Part shown: one piece after another, positions 42,089 through 54,795 of the stretch | How positions within the stretch are numbered: the stretch's first letter is position 1 | Layout of the letters: every line of letters starts with the position of its first letter | Source of the DNA: Octopus sinensis | Lineage: Eukaryota | Direction: 5' to 3' | Length of the DNA stretch: 64,000 bases | NCBI RefSeq assembly: GCF_006345805.1 | Contig: NW_021832551.1 | Location: forward strand, 307 to 64,306 | Translations under genes and position numbers: made by a program | Notes under the pieces: generated by a model | What the model was told of the DNA's origin: nothing | The model's input: the letters and a program-made list of their open reading frames with translations, nothing else | Database searches by the model: none

Positions 42089-42173
42089 ATTTATTTTATA
42101 GAAGGAGCTTCCTGATGATTTCTTTTGAATGAAACAGTTCTAGTCCTGTAGAAGCTCCTTCTATAAAATAAAT
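42089..42173 (+). ncRNA. Type I hammerhead enclosed by a perfect 23-bp stem
   Basis: Arms 42089-42111/42151-42173; CTGATGA 42112-42118; T.T+TTC/GAA stem II; GAAA 42131-42134; CAG/CTG stem III; GTA 42148-42150. Confidence 0.9.
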
Positions 42174-42265
42174 ATATATATTATATATACTAGCTGAAGG
42201 TGACCCGATCTACGCGCGGGTAAGAGTGTGGTATATATATAAATGTATACAAATTATATATATAT

Positions 42266-42312
<47 letters not shown>

Positions 42313-42399
42313 CAGATATATACTTTGTATATATACATTAATATACATATTTATATATAGATACACATACACAAACACACACATATATATAAATTAATT

Positions 42400-42560
42400 T
42401 CATTTTTGAGGCCTCTGCTAATGTCCTGTGTAAGTGGTCGTCATTGAGAAGTAGTCCGCGCCTCAAACATGCTTCCCTGTAAGTGGCGCAGATGATACCA
42501 TCAACCGTGCGAAGATCAGCAAAAGACTTCGGTCCAGTAACTACATGAAGCAGCATTCTC
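42400..42560 (-). pseudogene. Helitron RepHel linker fragment
   Basis: LRMLLHVVTGPKSFADLRTVDGIICATYREACLRRGLLLNDD..LAEAS matches the conserved Rep-helicase linker. Confidence 0.85.
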
Positions 42561-42606
42561 AAAAATGCTGGTGGAATACACAGCATTCTCAAAAATGCTG
42601 GTGGAA

Positions 42607-42887
42607 TGCAGCGCTGCCTTGACTGGCTTCTGTGCTGGTGGCACGTAAAAAGCACCAACCGATCGTGGCCGCTGCCAGCACCCCTGGCACCTGTGCCGGC
42701 GGCACGAAAAAAGCACCCACTACGCTCACAGAGTGGTTGGCGTTAGGAAGGGCATCCACCAGTAGAAACACTGCTAGATCAGACTGGAGCCTGGTGCAGC
42801 CTCCTGGCTTCCCAGACCCCTGTCAAACTGTCCAACCCGTGCTAGCACAGAAAACGGACGTTAAACGATGATGATGATGATGATGAT
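42607..42887 (+). mobile_element. RTE-type LINE/SINE 3' end with (GAT)n tail, nested in the Helitron
   Basis: GTGGCACGTAAAAAGCACC x2, TGGCGTTAGGAAGGGCATCC, CCAACCCGTGCTAGC..GGACGTTAAA(CGAT)(GAT)n; family call from recalled similarity. Confidence 0.65.
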
Positions 42888-43575
42888 TCTCCCTCTTTGT
42901 TTCTCTCTCCTTTCTCTCTCACTTTCCCACTCTCTTACTCTTCCTTTCTCTCGGACTCTACCTCGCTTTCTCTTACTCTCTATCTTTATCTATCTCTCTC
43001 CCATTTATAAACATCAAAAGATCTTGAGTAAGTTGAGAAATAAAATATTTATAAAGATTAATCATAAATATCAGGCAGTAACAACGGAAAGGTCTGCTTC
43101 AAGGCAGACAGCAAAACACTGACATTTAAAAGGGACAGACGAACTTGCGAGCTGAATAAAAATAATAAAATATTGGAAACCAAAGTTTGAAGGGATAGAA
43201 TTTGAGGTTAGTAGAGTCACCATGGCTGGCATTTTTTAACGACGGGCAGCAACGTATTGACAGTTCAACGGCTGGCGTAAAATTATGAACTTGATGTAAA
43301 AGAAAAATCCCTAAAAACCAAGTTTTGAATTGATTCTTTCTCACGACAGTAGACTCACGATGGCAAGCATTCAAAACTTCTTCATCATGGACGGCAACAC
43401 ATTGACGATTAAAAGGCTGGCGCAAATTTTTTAGCTTGATGTAACAGAGAATGCTAAAAACCGCCTCCTTTAAATTTAATCCCCTTCCAGCCCCATTTAG
43501 ACCCCTTTTCACATTTTGGTTAATATAACCCGATTTCATTTGGGTCTACTGGGGCCACATTTTATAAGATGAGGA

Positions 43576-43827
43576 CTCAACCAAGTTTCCCGAGTTCTGG
43601 TCATAGACCATAGAACTCTCAACCAAGTTTCCCGAGCTCTGGTCATAGACCATAGAACTCTCAACCAAGTTTCCCGAGCTCTGGTCATAGACCATAGAAC
43701 ACTGAAGCAAGTTTCCCGAGTTCTGGTCATAGACCATAGAACACTCAAGCAAGTTTCCCGAGTTCTGGTCATAGACCATAGAACACTCAAGCAAGTTTCC
43801 CGAGTTCTGGTCATAGACCATAGAACA
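43576..43827. repeat. Minisatellite, 6 x 42 bp
   Basis: Unit CTCAACCAAGTTTCCCGAGTTCTGGTCATAGACCATAGAACT with internal TGGTC-ATA-GACCA palindrome. Confidence 0.95.
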
Positions 43828-45514
43828 CTTAGCTAAAATCTAGTTTCTATCTAGTCTGAACCAATCAATCCGCCGCAGTCTCATCCACACCAGAGCTTAC
43901 TCAACCATGTTCCAGTTCCAGCGACAGACGACCAGACCAGCTAGTCATGTTCCTGCTCCAGCCAATGACGACGCTAACATACACCAGCAACGCCACCGAC
44001 GCCTTCATCTCAACGTCGCCTTTCTCTGCCGTCGCCATCACCATCGTCGTCCTTCACCTTCACGTCGTCTCCATCTCCGTCGCCTTCATCTCCAGCAACA
44101 CTAATATGTACATAGCACTCATTCAGGTTTAGCTTTCACGCTGTTATGATTTTCACCGAGGTTAACAGCAGAGCACTACCTGCGAGATCTTCTGTACCAA
44201 TGTAACTTGGCACAGCATTGAAGCCACAACAACTACACGACATGTGTTCAACCGGCATCTGCACTTGTGATCCGAACATCCTGTTACAGAACGAACTGCT
44301 ATTATGTACTTTACTACAAACTGGTAAATTAACTCCATCTTGTCTGAAATACCCTGAGAGACTTTTCCTATGCGCTGTATTTTGTTTTGCCTGCATACAC
44401 CTTGTTTGTACTTCTGTCGCACACACGAACACACATAGTTAATACACACACAAATGCTATCTCTGTCACATTCATACGCTACACATGCCTTTCTCGCTTG
44501 TTTTCCATGCTCAATGTGCCCTTGTAAACACAACTCATCTCTGTAAGACCCTAGGTCGGTCACACATACATAGAGAAAGTTGTTTGTCCCTTACAACGCG
44601 CCAGCATGCCACACTTTTGTTCCTGCACGACCGAGGCATATAATAGCTCAAGCACTGGCTGGCAGCCTCAGCCTTACCGCATTAATCACTGGGATATTCA
44701 ATACTGTACACTGTATTTCAGCCTAGCAAGCCCTATTGCACTCATGCACCTCTGTTCTGCACGTGTACTCCCTTGTTTTGCAACACGTCTGCGTCAGCTC
44801 AATTCTTCTCCCGACTCAAAGCATGTCGGATGTTCACATGCGCTGCGCTCATGTGTAGGCATAATTTCCCCCTGATAGACCCCTGTTGGTTACGTAATTA
44901 ACAGAGAAAATTATCTGTCTCGCACCCAAGTTGCACCCAAAAAATGTAAAGAAGCAACCAGTTCCCTTTACGTAACTATCAAAAAGTATTAAAAAGTTTA
45001 ATATACATAAATACAGATATATACACTTTGTATATATACATTATATATACATATTTATATATAGAACACACACACACATGTATATAAACGCTCGTTGGTG
45101 TGTTCTGTTTGTATTTGGTCGATGGGCGCGTTGACAGGCAGACAATAGAATGCGGTGGCGATGGCGATGGAATATTTGTTTCTCTGTATGAATGCAGACA
45201 GATACATGAGTAAAAATGATGGGAAGCTAAGAGATAGAGTGAGTGGAAATGTTCTTACATTAAATAACGGGAGTGGATGAAGGGGAGTGAGAGGGTAATA
45301 TAGGAAATAGCGTGAGTGAGGAAGATGGCCCCTAGCAACCACACCTTTTAAGATATGGATTTCTAAGGTAGCCCACTGGTATCGTCACCTCATTCTACAT
45401 GTCCCTGTAAATTTTGGAGCGAATCGGACGGGTCGTAGTGGCATTGAAAGCGATCCAAGCGGTAAAAACGCATTTCAGTTATATATATATATACATATGC
45501 ATATATATATGTGA

Positions 45515-45555
<41 letters not shown>

Positions 45556-45985
45556 CCAATAAATGTACGCACACACACACACACACAAACAAACACGCAA
45601 ATACACATAGCATATAAACACCACAAATCTACCATAACGTAATTGCTATCTCACACCGCAAACAATAAATCCTACAAACAATTACATTTCTGTGAAACCT
45701 TTCCCTAATAAACTAAAACCTTCTCCATGATTCAAATAATTACAAGATCCTTAAAGACCTTGGCGTAAAATCCATTACATCAAATATGGTCCCATATCTA
45801 TATATTATCAAAATAACAAACTATGACCTGTCATAAGGACTCTACGCTGTCAAACTAAGTGTAGAAACTTGCATGCAGACACACAGATAAGTATGTATGT
45901 TTGTATGTTTATACACATACACACACACTGACATGCAGATATTTCAAAACTAAAAAGACACCCCTCATGTTATATGTATATGTCA

Positions 45986-46020
<35 letters not shown>

Positions 46021-46021
<1 letters not shown>

Positions 46022-46305
46022 CTATATATATATATTATATAAAATCGTTCTGTCTGTCTGTGTGAGTGTCTTCTAGTATCTCGGGCATCCTCCATCCGAT
46101 TGCGCTCAAATTTGATATGCAGATACCGACGGTATCAGGGCGTGTATAAGTCTTGAAAAAATTACAAAAATCGATTGCAGGTGAGAATGCGATCGATAAA
46201 GCCGTGGGAACGTGCATTTGTACGCGCAAGTACATCAGCTGTTGCGATCGATACTACGCGTACACGAGAAAAATGCACGTGCAGTTTGCGCAAAAAAGTC
46301 GGCCT
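46021..46305 (+). mobile_element. Helitron 5' fragment
   Basis: A|TCTATATATA..AAAATCGTTCTGTCTGTCTGTG start and CCGATTGCGCTCAAATTTG segment typical of non-autonomous Helitrons; no 3' CTAG end found. Confidence 0.55.
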
Positions 46306-46478
46306 AACAATTGTTTCATTATTAATGTTATATGCAATTTTACTTACACAACATCCATAAATCTTCAGCAGAGGTTTGTCTTAAATACAATTTATTAAGA
46401 CAAACCTCTGCTGAAGATTTATGGATGTTGTGTAAGTAAAATTGCATATTACATTAATAATGAAACAATTGTTCAGGG
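46306..46478. ncRNA. Divergent pair of type I hammerheads forming a 79-bp inverted repeat
   Basis: Arms 46306-46384/46395-46473 (1 mismatch, 10-nt loop); + copy: CTCTG CTGAAGA T TTAT..ATAA T GAAA C AATT GTT CAGGG (46406-46478). Confidence 0.85.
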
Positions 46479-46899
46479 TTAATCTATTTTTTCGTTGTGT
46501 TTCCCTTACCTTACGTTAAATGTAGTGGTATCTCTACTTAAAAACAACTTTTAGTGGCTATACCTTTAGCGGAGCTATTTTTAGCACTAGAGTGAACCAC
46601 ATAGTGGTCACTCTAATATTTACGTATAAATTTGTATTTTCCCTTGGTTTTTATGTGCTAAGCCACTTGGTGTTAAATTGATGGTATTATTAAATTAATA
46701 TCAAATTTTTCACCCTCATTTATAAATATATATATATTTAAAACTAATGTAGGATAAAATTCTTCTTTCGGGGAAAACAACGAGCTAGGTTCCTAACTGT
46801 GTTTTCACTTGGGGCATCTCTCACTTGAAAATGCCAACAAAATGCTCTGAGGGTTTCAATAATCGACCCTTGATTTTGATAGACCAATTTCACCCTTTG

Positions 46900-47040
46900 G
46901 GTGCACTGTGCGGTGCCATATTTTTACATGATTAATTTCCTTGATGTAGTCCATAAAATCCTTGAAAAGAAAAGGAAAATGTCAAAAACTAAAAGAATTA
47001 TCGACAATTGCAATCCCTCGGTGGCATTTGGGCCACCCTG
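46900..47040. mobile_element. Solo Tc1/mariner terminal inverted repeat
   Basis: ...TTTGGGCCACCCTG|TA (reverse complement TA|CAGGGTGGCCCAAA); partner end not found. Confidence 0.45.
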
Positions 47041-47056
47041 TATATGTACACACACA

Positions 47057-47137
<81 letters not shown>

Positions 47138-47158
47138 TAGATAGATAGATAGATAGAT

Positions 47159-47201
<43 letters not shown>

Positions 47202-47802
47202 GCAGAAAGAGTGAAGGAAAGACTTAGAAAGAAAAAAATAGTGAAGGAGAGAGAAAGCAATGTGTGTGCATGTGTAGGTGAGCGGTTAATAAGAGAAGTG
47301 GATCTACGCAAACGTACAAACACATGTATATATTTTGTTGCGTTATAAACGCTATTGAATACCTCTTAACAAATGATAAAACTGGAGATGCGGGGATGGG
47401 GTGGGGTAGAAACTAAAGATTCATTTAAAAATCAGCGTCTAAAATGCATTGTGAAAAGATAAGTTTCATCTCTCAGGTGAAAAACAAAACTTTAATTTTT
47501 TTTTCTTAATAAGTTATCTAACTGTGACACAAAGCAGGAAACCTATTTGTATAACGGATAGATATGGAATCAGAAGTGTGCGCGCGCGCATATGTGTGTG
47601 TGTGTGAGAGAGAGAGAGGAGTGAGTGTGTGCGTGTATATATTATATAATATATATATATTATATTATATATATATATATAAAGAGAGAGGAGAGAGGAG
47701 AGAGAAAGAAGTGTGTGTGTGTTGTGTACAAACAAGCTGGTGTGTGAGTATCCGTGTATAAGGTATATGTGTGTTGCCTATGCATAAGAATGAGTGCATG
47801 CG

Positions 47803-47835
<33 letters not shown>

Positions 47836-47977
47836 TGTTTGTAGGTATGTATAAATATGTATATATATATATATATATAATATATATTATAATATATTTG
47901 TTTGTATGTATGTATAAATAGTATATATAGATATATGATATGTATATTATGTATAATATGTATATATATGTCTATGT

Positions 47978-48020
<43 letters not shown>

Positions 48021-48384
48021 CCACACACGTGCGTGTGTATATGTGCACAATTCTATGTTTGTACACGTGCACGTCCATGTCGTGTTTATGCCTGTGTGTT
48101 GCGAGTGTGTTTCGTTGTGTTTGTGCGCAGGCGCATTTGTATGTGTGTATGGATGTAGCTGAGTGTGTCTGTGTATGGTTTACCTATATTCACGTGTGTA
48201 CATACTGTTGACAAGCAATTGAAAGGTTACATACACACACACACAAACACGCACATACACACACACAATACATTTGAGTGAGTGGCGTTTGTTTGACCAA
48301 TGCTTAAACACCCACGTATATTTGCTTTCTCTTTATTTCTCCTTCCCTTATTGTGTTCATGTCTCTGTGTGTTTGTGTGTGTGT

Positions 48385-48458
<74 letters not shown>

Positions 48459-48987
48459 GTAAATAGACAGATATAGATAGATGCATACATACATACATAC
48501 ATACATACATGCATACATACATACCCAATATGGAACCGTGTAGGTTACAGCGTGCACGCATGCACACACACATATAAAGATACATATAGAGAGAGAAAAA
48601 GAGAGAAAGAGACAGACAGACAGAGAGTGAAAAGCAAACACGAATAAACAGATACACACACACCACACACACACACACACAAAAATATATATATAAAGCA
48701 AATAATTAGAAAATGGAGAAAACCACAGAATAACAAACACATCGATTGGACCACATTTATAGCTTTTGTTTTAATACAAATCATAGCATAAAAAATAGGT
48801 GACGTAACATATCTGCATTGGTTCCTGATAAGCTCTTGTTTATCTGTTGCTATCTGCACTGTACGTGTGTGGTGTGCCTGCATACCATTGCCCGGGGCTA
48901 ATACGGGTAACGGATACCGATAGAATATATGGATATGGATATTTTATCCCTTAGTCGGTTACTATAACCGCTAACTCTGTTTTTTAC

Positions 48988-49105
<118 letters not shown>

Positions 49106-49170
49106 TAGATATAACATATATTATACATATATATATATGTATAGATAGATAGATAGATAGAGATAGATAT

Positions 49171-49219
<49 letters not shown>

Positions 49220-49260
49220 GAAGATAGATAGATAGATAGATCGATAGATGATAGATAGAT

Positions 49261-49292
<32 letters not shown>

Positions 49293-49699
49293 AGATAGAT
49301 ACACTCACACACAGAAAGACAGAGAGAGAGATGGTAAGAGAGAAAACGATTTCTCCGATGAAGATGTTGACCAATCGCTAGATTATAGGGAAAGGTGAAA
49401 ATAGTTTTGCATCGTCCCAGCTTTCCTAAAATGTCCACTAAGACGTCGATAAACTGATATATACTATAACTGGGAATCGATACCGAATCGTAGAATTAGC
49501 TCATTGGAAACTGCGGAAAAATTCTCGGTTTCACCCAACTCAATACTGCATACTACCACAGAAATATTTAAGTGTGGGGAGAGAGTATTAAATATTGAGG
49601 GACATTCATTCAGTTGCCGTAAGTTTCGCAGCAATTGCTTTAATCGGAATTCGAAGCTACTTTGCTTGGGATTTTATGGCATATGTTAAAAAGAATAGT

Positions 49700-50470
49700 G
49701 GCACTCCGTCGGTTACGACGACCAGAGATCCAATTGATCCGATCAACGGAACATCCTGCTCGTGAAATTAACGTGCAATTGGCTGGGCATTCAGCAGACA
49801 CGTGTACCCTTAACGTAGTTCTCGGGGAGATTCAGCGTGACACACAGTGAGACAAGGCTGACCCTTTGAAATACAGGTACAACAGAAACAGGAAGACATT
49901 AAGAGAAAGTTGTGGTGAAAGAGTACAGCAGGGTTCGCCGCCACTCCGTGGCGGATCCTCGTGGAGCTTTAGGTGTTTTCGTTCAATAAACACTCACAAC
50001 GCCCGGTCTTGGAATCGAAACCGTGATCCTACGACCGCGAGACCGCTGCTCTAGCCACTGGACCATTGCATCTCCACTATGTCTATATATGTATGTATTA
50101 TATATATCGTGGAATTCCGTCGGTTACGATGACGAGGGTTTCAGTTGATCCGATCAACGGAACATCCTGCTCGTGAAATTAACGTGCAAGTGGCTGAGCA
50201 CTCCGCAGGCACGTGCACCCATAACGTTGTTCTCGGGAAGATTCAGCGTGACACAGAGTAAAACAAGGCTGGCCCTTTGAAATACAGAAGAGTGAAAGAA
50301 AGTAGTAGTGACAGAATACAGTAGAGGTCACCACCACCCCCTGCTGGGACCTCGTGGAGCTTCAGGTGTTTTCGCCCAATAAACACTCACAATGCCTGGT
50401 CTTGGAATCGAAACCTAGATCCTACGACCGCGAGTTCACTGCCCTAACCACTGAGCCATTGCACCTCCAC
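49700..50470 (-). mobile_element. Two full-length SINE family C copies in tandem (49700-50075, 50110-50470)
   Basis: Each: tRNA head (CAATGG.CCAGTGG.TAG; GGTTTCGATTCC), AAACACCTAAAGCTCCACGAGG body, tail GTTGATCGGATCAA..GTCGTAACCGACGGA. Confidence 0.85.
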
Positions 50471-51014
50471 ATTAAAAAGAATATTGAACAAAAGAATTAT
50501 ATTGATCTTGTGATTGTTACTGTTATTAAGCCGAGCAAGCAAAATTGTTAAAACGTTGCTAAAAAATTACCTTGAATTGTTCCTTCCAGCAATTTAGGTT
50601 CTATAAGTTCAAATCCCGCCTGTGTCAACTTTACCTTTCAGCACACGGGATTCGACGCAACGATGTACCACAAGTACCAATCAAGTATTAAAAAAACTAG
50701 TGCTTTCGGAGCTGAATGCTTTGCCTCGCCTTATGAGTTCCTCTGAAACTTAATTATTAGTTCCGTATTTAACTTAATTTTTTTTTAATTTCGAGTAATT
50801 GAATAAATATTCTGAACACTGTGACCGTTTGAATTTTAAGGACTCAAATGTTGATCTATATACATTTTGATATATTCTTTTTTTACAATACTTTCACGTT
50901 GTTGTTATTGCTGCTGCTGTTTCTGCTGCTGATGATGATGATGACGACGACGACAACGAGATGATGATGACGATGACGACGACGACGAAGTCACTGATGA
51001 TGATGTTGTGTTAA

Positions 51015-51590
51015 GGCGGCTAGATGGCAGAAACGTTTGCGCGTCGGGCGAAATGCGTAGCAGTATTTCGTCTGCCGTAACGTTCAGAGTTCAAATTCCG
51101 CCGAGGTCGACTTTGCTCTTCATCCTTTCGGGGTCGATAAATTAAGTACCAGTTACGCACTGGGGTCGATATAATCGGCCCTTGTTTCTCCCCCCCCCCT
51201 GTGTTTAGCCCCTTGTGGGTAGTAAAGAAATAGGTATTTCGTCTGCCGCTACGTTCTGAGTTCAAATTCCGCTGAGGTCGACTTTGCCTTTCATCCATTT
51301 GGGGTCGATAAATTAAGTACCAGTTACGCACTGGGGTCAATATAATCGACTTAATCCGTGTGTCTGCCCTTGTTTGTCCCCTCTGTGGGTAATAAAGCCC
51401 CTTGTGGGTAGTAAAGAAATAGGTATTTCGTCTGCCGTTACGTTCTGAGTTCAAATTCTGCCGAGGTCTACTTTGCCTTTCATCCATTCGATGTCGATAA
51501 ATTAAGTCCGAGTTATGTACTGGTATCAATCTAATCGACTGGCACTCTCCCCCAAAATTTCGGGTCTTGTGCCTAGTGTAGAAAAGAATA
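51015..51590 (+). repeat. Tandem array of SINE family A units
   Basis: GTTCAAATTC at 51090, 51260, 51449; one head at 51015 and one tail. Confidence 0.9.
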
Positions 51591-52254
51591 TTGTTGTCCT
51601 GTTATTCTTGTTGCTGCTATTGTTGTGTTGGTGTTGTTCTTATTGACGTTGTTGCGACTTTAGCTGCTGCAGTGTGGTTACTGTTGATGTTGTTCCTTTA
51701 ATGGATATTTTCATAGCTTATTGTGGTTGCTGCTATGGCTGAAATTGTTCTTGTTACTCTTGCCGTTGCTGATATTGTTGATGCTATTTACTGTGGTTAT
51801 TATTCCAGTTATTGTTGTTGCAACACTTCTTCACATTGATAATGTTGCTTTTGCTGTTGTTGTTGTCGTCATCATTGGTGTTATGATTCTCCTTGTTGTT
51901 GTAACATTTGCCATTCTCGTTGTTTTCTTCTCCAGCTTCAAATATATCAGAAGTCACAGATATAAAACGGTAAAGATTTATTTTGACATCGACACAGATA
52001 AATCCCTTTGTGTGAAATGGAATAAAATGCGATCGTTGGAAATCCCTTCATTCATTACTGGTACCTATTTTATGACTCGCGGAAAATGGAAAATAAATAT
52101 TTGTGTTATTGGTGTCAATAACCTTCCTTAGGTTATAAAAACAAAAAAAAGACATCTCAGTATTTCTTGAAATATATTGTTAATATTGGAAATATTGTTG
52201 TTTATGGTGTTTGATTTTATCGTATTTGTTCTGGATAAGATTCGTATAAATATA

Positions 52255-53300
52255 TTCGGTGTCTTCAAAAAGTGATACACGCTTTAAATGATTATAAAGT
52301 CTGTGTTTATTAAAATATATATCATTTTCAAAATTTTATAAAATCTGTTGATGGAATTTTATGTCTCCTATTTATGGAGTGCTTTTTTTTTTAATGATGA
52401 CCATTCTGGTCAAAGTGCTGCTCATTATGCGATGTAATAGAATCGCAAACATCAAGAAATATTCTGTTTGGTATTTCTGCGTATTGTAGTTCAATGGCTG
52501 CCCTCAAATCGTCGACTGTTGGTGGTTTTGTGCTGTAAACGTCATTATTTGAGTATGTCCTACAATGAACGCAGAGAATATTCTGCTAAATCTCTTCGTT
52601 CAATCTACCTGTTTGGCAGAATAACACGAAATAGGCTTTTGCAATACGATGGTAGTGTTGGGGATCTCCCAACTTGCTGGAAATAAAGTGTTACATCTCC
52701 AAAGTCCTCCTGAATGCTTAGAATGACAGACTCTCGTAGCAAGTTCAAGTAAATGTGACCAGCCACACTATCATGGTTCGGTTAATCTTATACAGAATAA
52801 GCCGCAACATACAATAACTCCTGGTAAACTAACGTGATGTTCCTTCGTCATATGCGGATTTTCATGTCCTCATTAGGTGCAGCTGTGGCGGGTAACTGAA
52901 CCGTTTAATTTAAATGTAGCCTCAACTCCCCAGACAATCTTTGTTGAAATGTGAATTTCTTTTACACCACTTTCCAAGTACCACACCTAAGACCTCTTCG
53001 AATCATCTTCATTGAGAGGATAGTGTGTTCTTGGAATAGAACTTATCCAATGAAAACGCTTTAAAAACACAATGAACACTTGATTTTGAAATTCCCATCT
53101 TACGACTCGCTTGACGCAAAGATTTTCTTGAATTCTGGTACAATGTTTCCAGTGTTCATTCTTGTTTTGTTTGACTAGTCGATGTCTGCTGTATAACAGA
53201 ACGGTTCTTGTAGACATTCTTAACTGTTCTATCGGCTTCAAACCTATCTCTAATTGAAGTGACGTTAAGTTGCGGAGGCGGATCTACATTAGTTCTAATG
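52255..53300 (-). mobile_element. Tc1/mariner-superfamily transposase fossil, near full length
   Basis: Minus: HYPLNEDDSKR, YCVWCGL, YFQQVG.PQHYHR, IERRDLAEYSLRS, DVYSTKPPTVDDLRAAIE match the DDD/E domain layout. Confidence 0.75.
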
Positions 53301-54624
53301 GGTTAAACCTAAAGTGAAACAAAAATTGAATAATCCGCTATAAGATTTTGTCTGGGTAGAGAACACGTGTGAGTGCATATACATGTGAATATACATGCAT
53401 ACCTTTTAGTGACGGTGCATTATTTCCTTTCTGATTTTGAATTGGGTCTAGCACCTTAATTATTTTATAACTTTCACATTACCATTTTGCGAAATCAGCT
53501 ACTGATTCCTATTGTAAAGTCCTATAAATACTGACAAGGAAAAATCCAGCTTCACCAACCACAGTGGAGTAAGCATTACCGATGAGCATTAATTTCCATT
53601 GCGGTGAGGCAGTTGTCTCCCTTGTCAGTAAACAGAACATATGCTCTTGTGGCTAGAGAGTTTTTGACACTTATTTCTAGCAATGCTGGTGCTCCCTACA
53701 CTCTTCGTCACTTTTTTAATTATATATATATATATACGTGTGTGTGTATATGTATGTATGTATAGATATATAAATATATATATACACACTCGTAAAAAAA
53801 ACGTTGAGCGAGTTCAGAGTGTAATATGAATCAATGGACTGACAAGGTTACAGAAATTATCTAATTGACTTCTTTGGCTTACAGCTGTTTCTGGTATTAG
53901 AAGTGGCGCACCCAGAATTGAATGCTTGTTCATCACCTTATAGCTTCCTCTGAAATTTCATCACTAGTTCTGTGTTTAGCTTTTTCGTTTTTAGCTTCGT
54001 ATTTTGTTTTCGTATAGAGAATAACTGAATAAATATACACTGGGACCGTTTGAATTTTGAGGGCTCAAATGTTGATTTATATTCATCTTGATGTGTTCCT
54101 TTTTGCAACCCTTTCAACTTCAAAGTCCCACATTTTGTGGTTGTTGTTGTTTCTGCTCTATTGCTGCTGTTGTTGGCATTAATGCTCTTGTTGTTTCGAC
54201 TTTTGTTAACTGTATTATGATCAAAGGCACTCCGATCACAACCATTACGTTTCCTTCCCTTGCATATCAAGAGCTGGCCTCTGGTACTAGTCAGAGCATG
54301 CAATCTTTAAATACATCAAAGCCATACAATCAAAGCATGGTAAGTTTAACATGTATGTATCTGCATTTAAGCTGCCTATCATAAAAATGAAAAATAGAAA
54401 TTAGAATTGGGTTTATTATATGCATTAATTTTTATATGCAAAACAGGCATCGCATGTTTTGCGTCCATGCAAGAAATGCTATTCCAAGAATTACATCACC
54501 GAATTTATTGTTCCTTGTTAAAATGGTAGGACTTGATTAGGGGGTATTTTGTTGTTATTTCTTGTAGATCGATTGAGCACGCAGATGCGTCTTCATATTG
54601 CTGTAGTATATGATATGAAGAAGG

Positions 54625-54795
54625 CAGCGAGCGGGTAAAACCGTTAGCACACTGGCCGAAATGTTTAGCCGGATTTCGTCTATCCTAACGTTTTGAGTTC
54701 AAATTCCGCTGAGGTCGCCTTCGCCTTTCATCCTTCCCGACTCGACAAAGTAAGTACCAGTTGAACACTGGGGTTCGATGTAATCGACTTAACAA
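54625..54795 (+). mobile_element. SINE family A
   Basis: GGCAGCGAGCGGG head, GAGTTCAAATTCC, CGCCTTTCATCCTTCCCGACTCGACAAA core. Confidence 0.75.

Larger units (their letters stand above)
42190..45359 (-). mobile_element. Composite non-autonomous Helitron (about 3.2 kb)
   Basis: Minus: A|TCCATATCTTAAAAGG at 45359 ... ACCCGCGCGTAGATCGGGT hairpin, CTAG|T at 42190; contains a RepHel fragment. That both ends belong to one element is inferred. Confidence 0.65.

Noticed and set aside
43130-43540. Possible retroviral integrase-like words (FFLTTVDSRWQAF) and a 137-aa minus ORF
   Set aside because: No downstream D/E motifs, multiple stops; region is better explained by an internal non-coding duplication
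53870-53945. Hammerhead-like GAAAC AGCT GTA on the minus strand
   Set aside because: Upstream core is GTGATGA (G3 with G8) and neither stem I nor stem II can be formed in register
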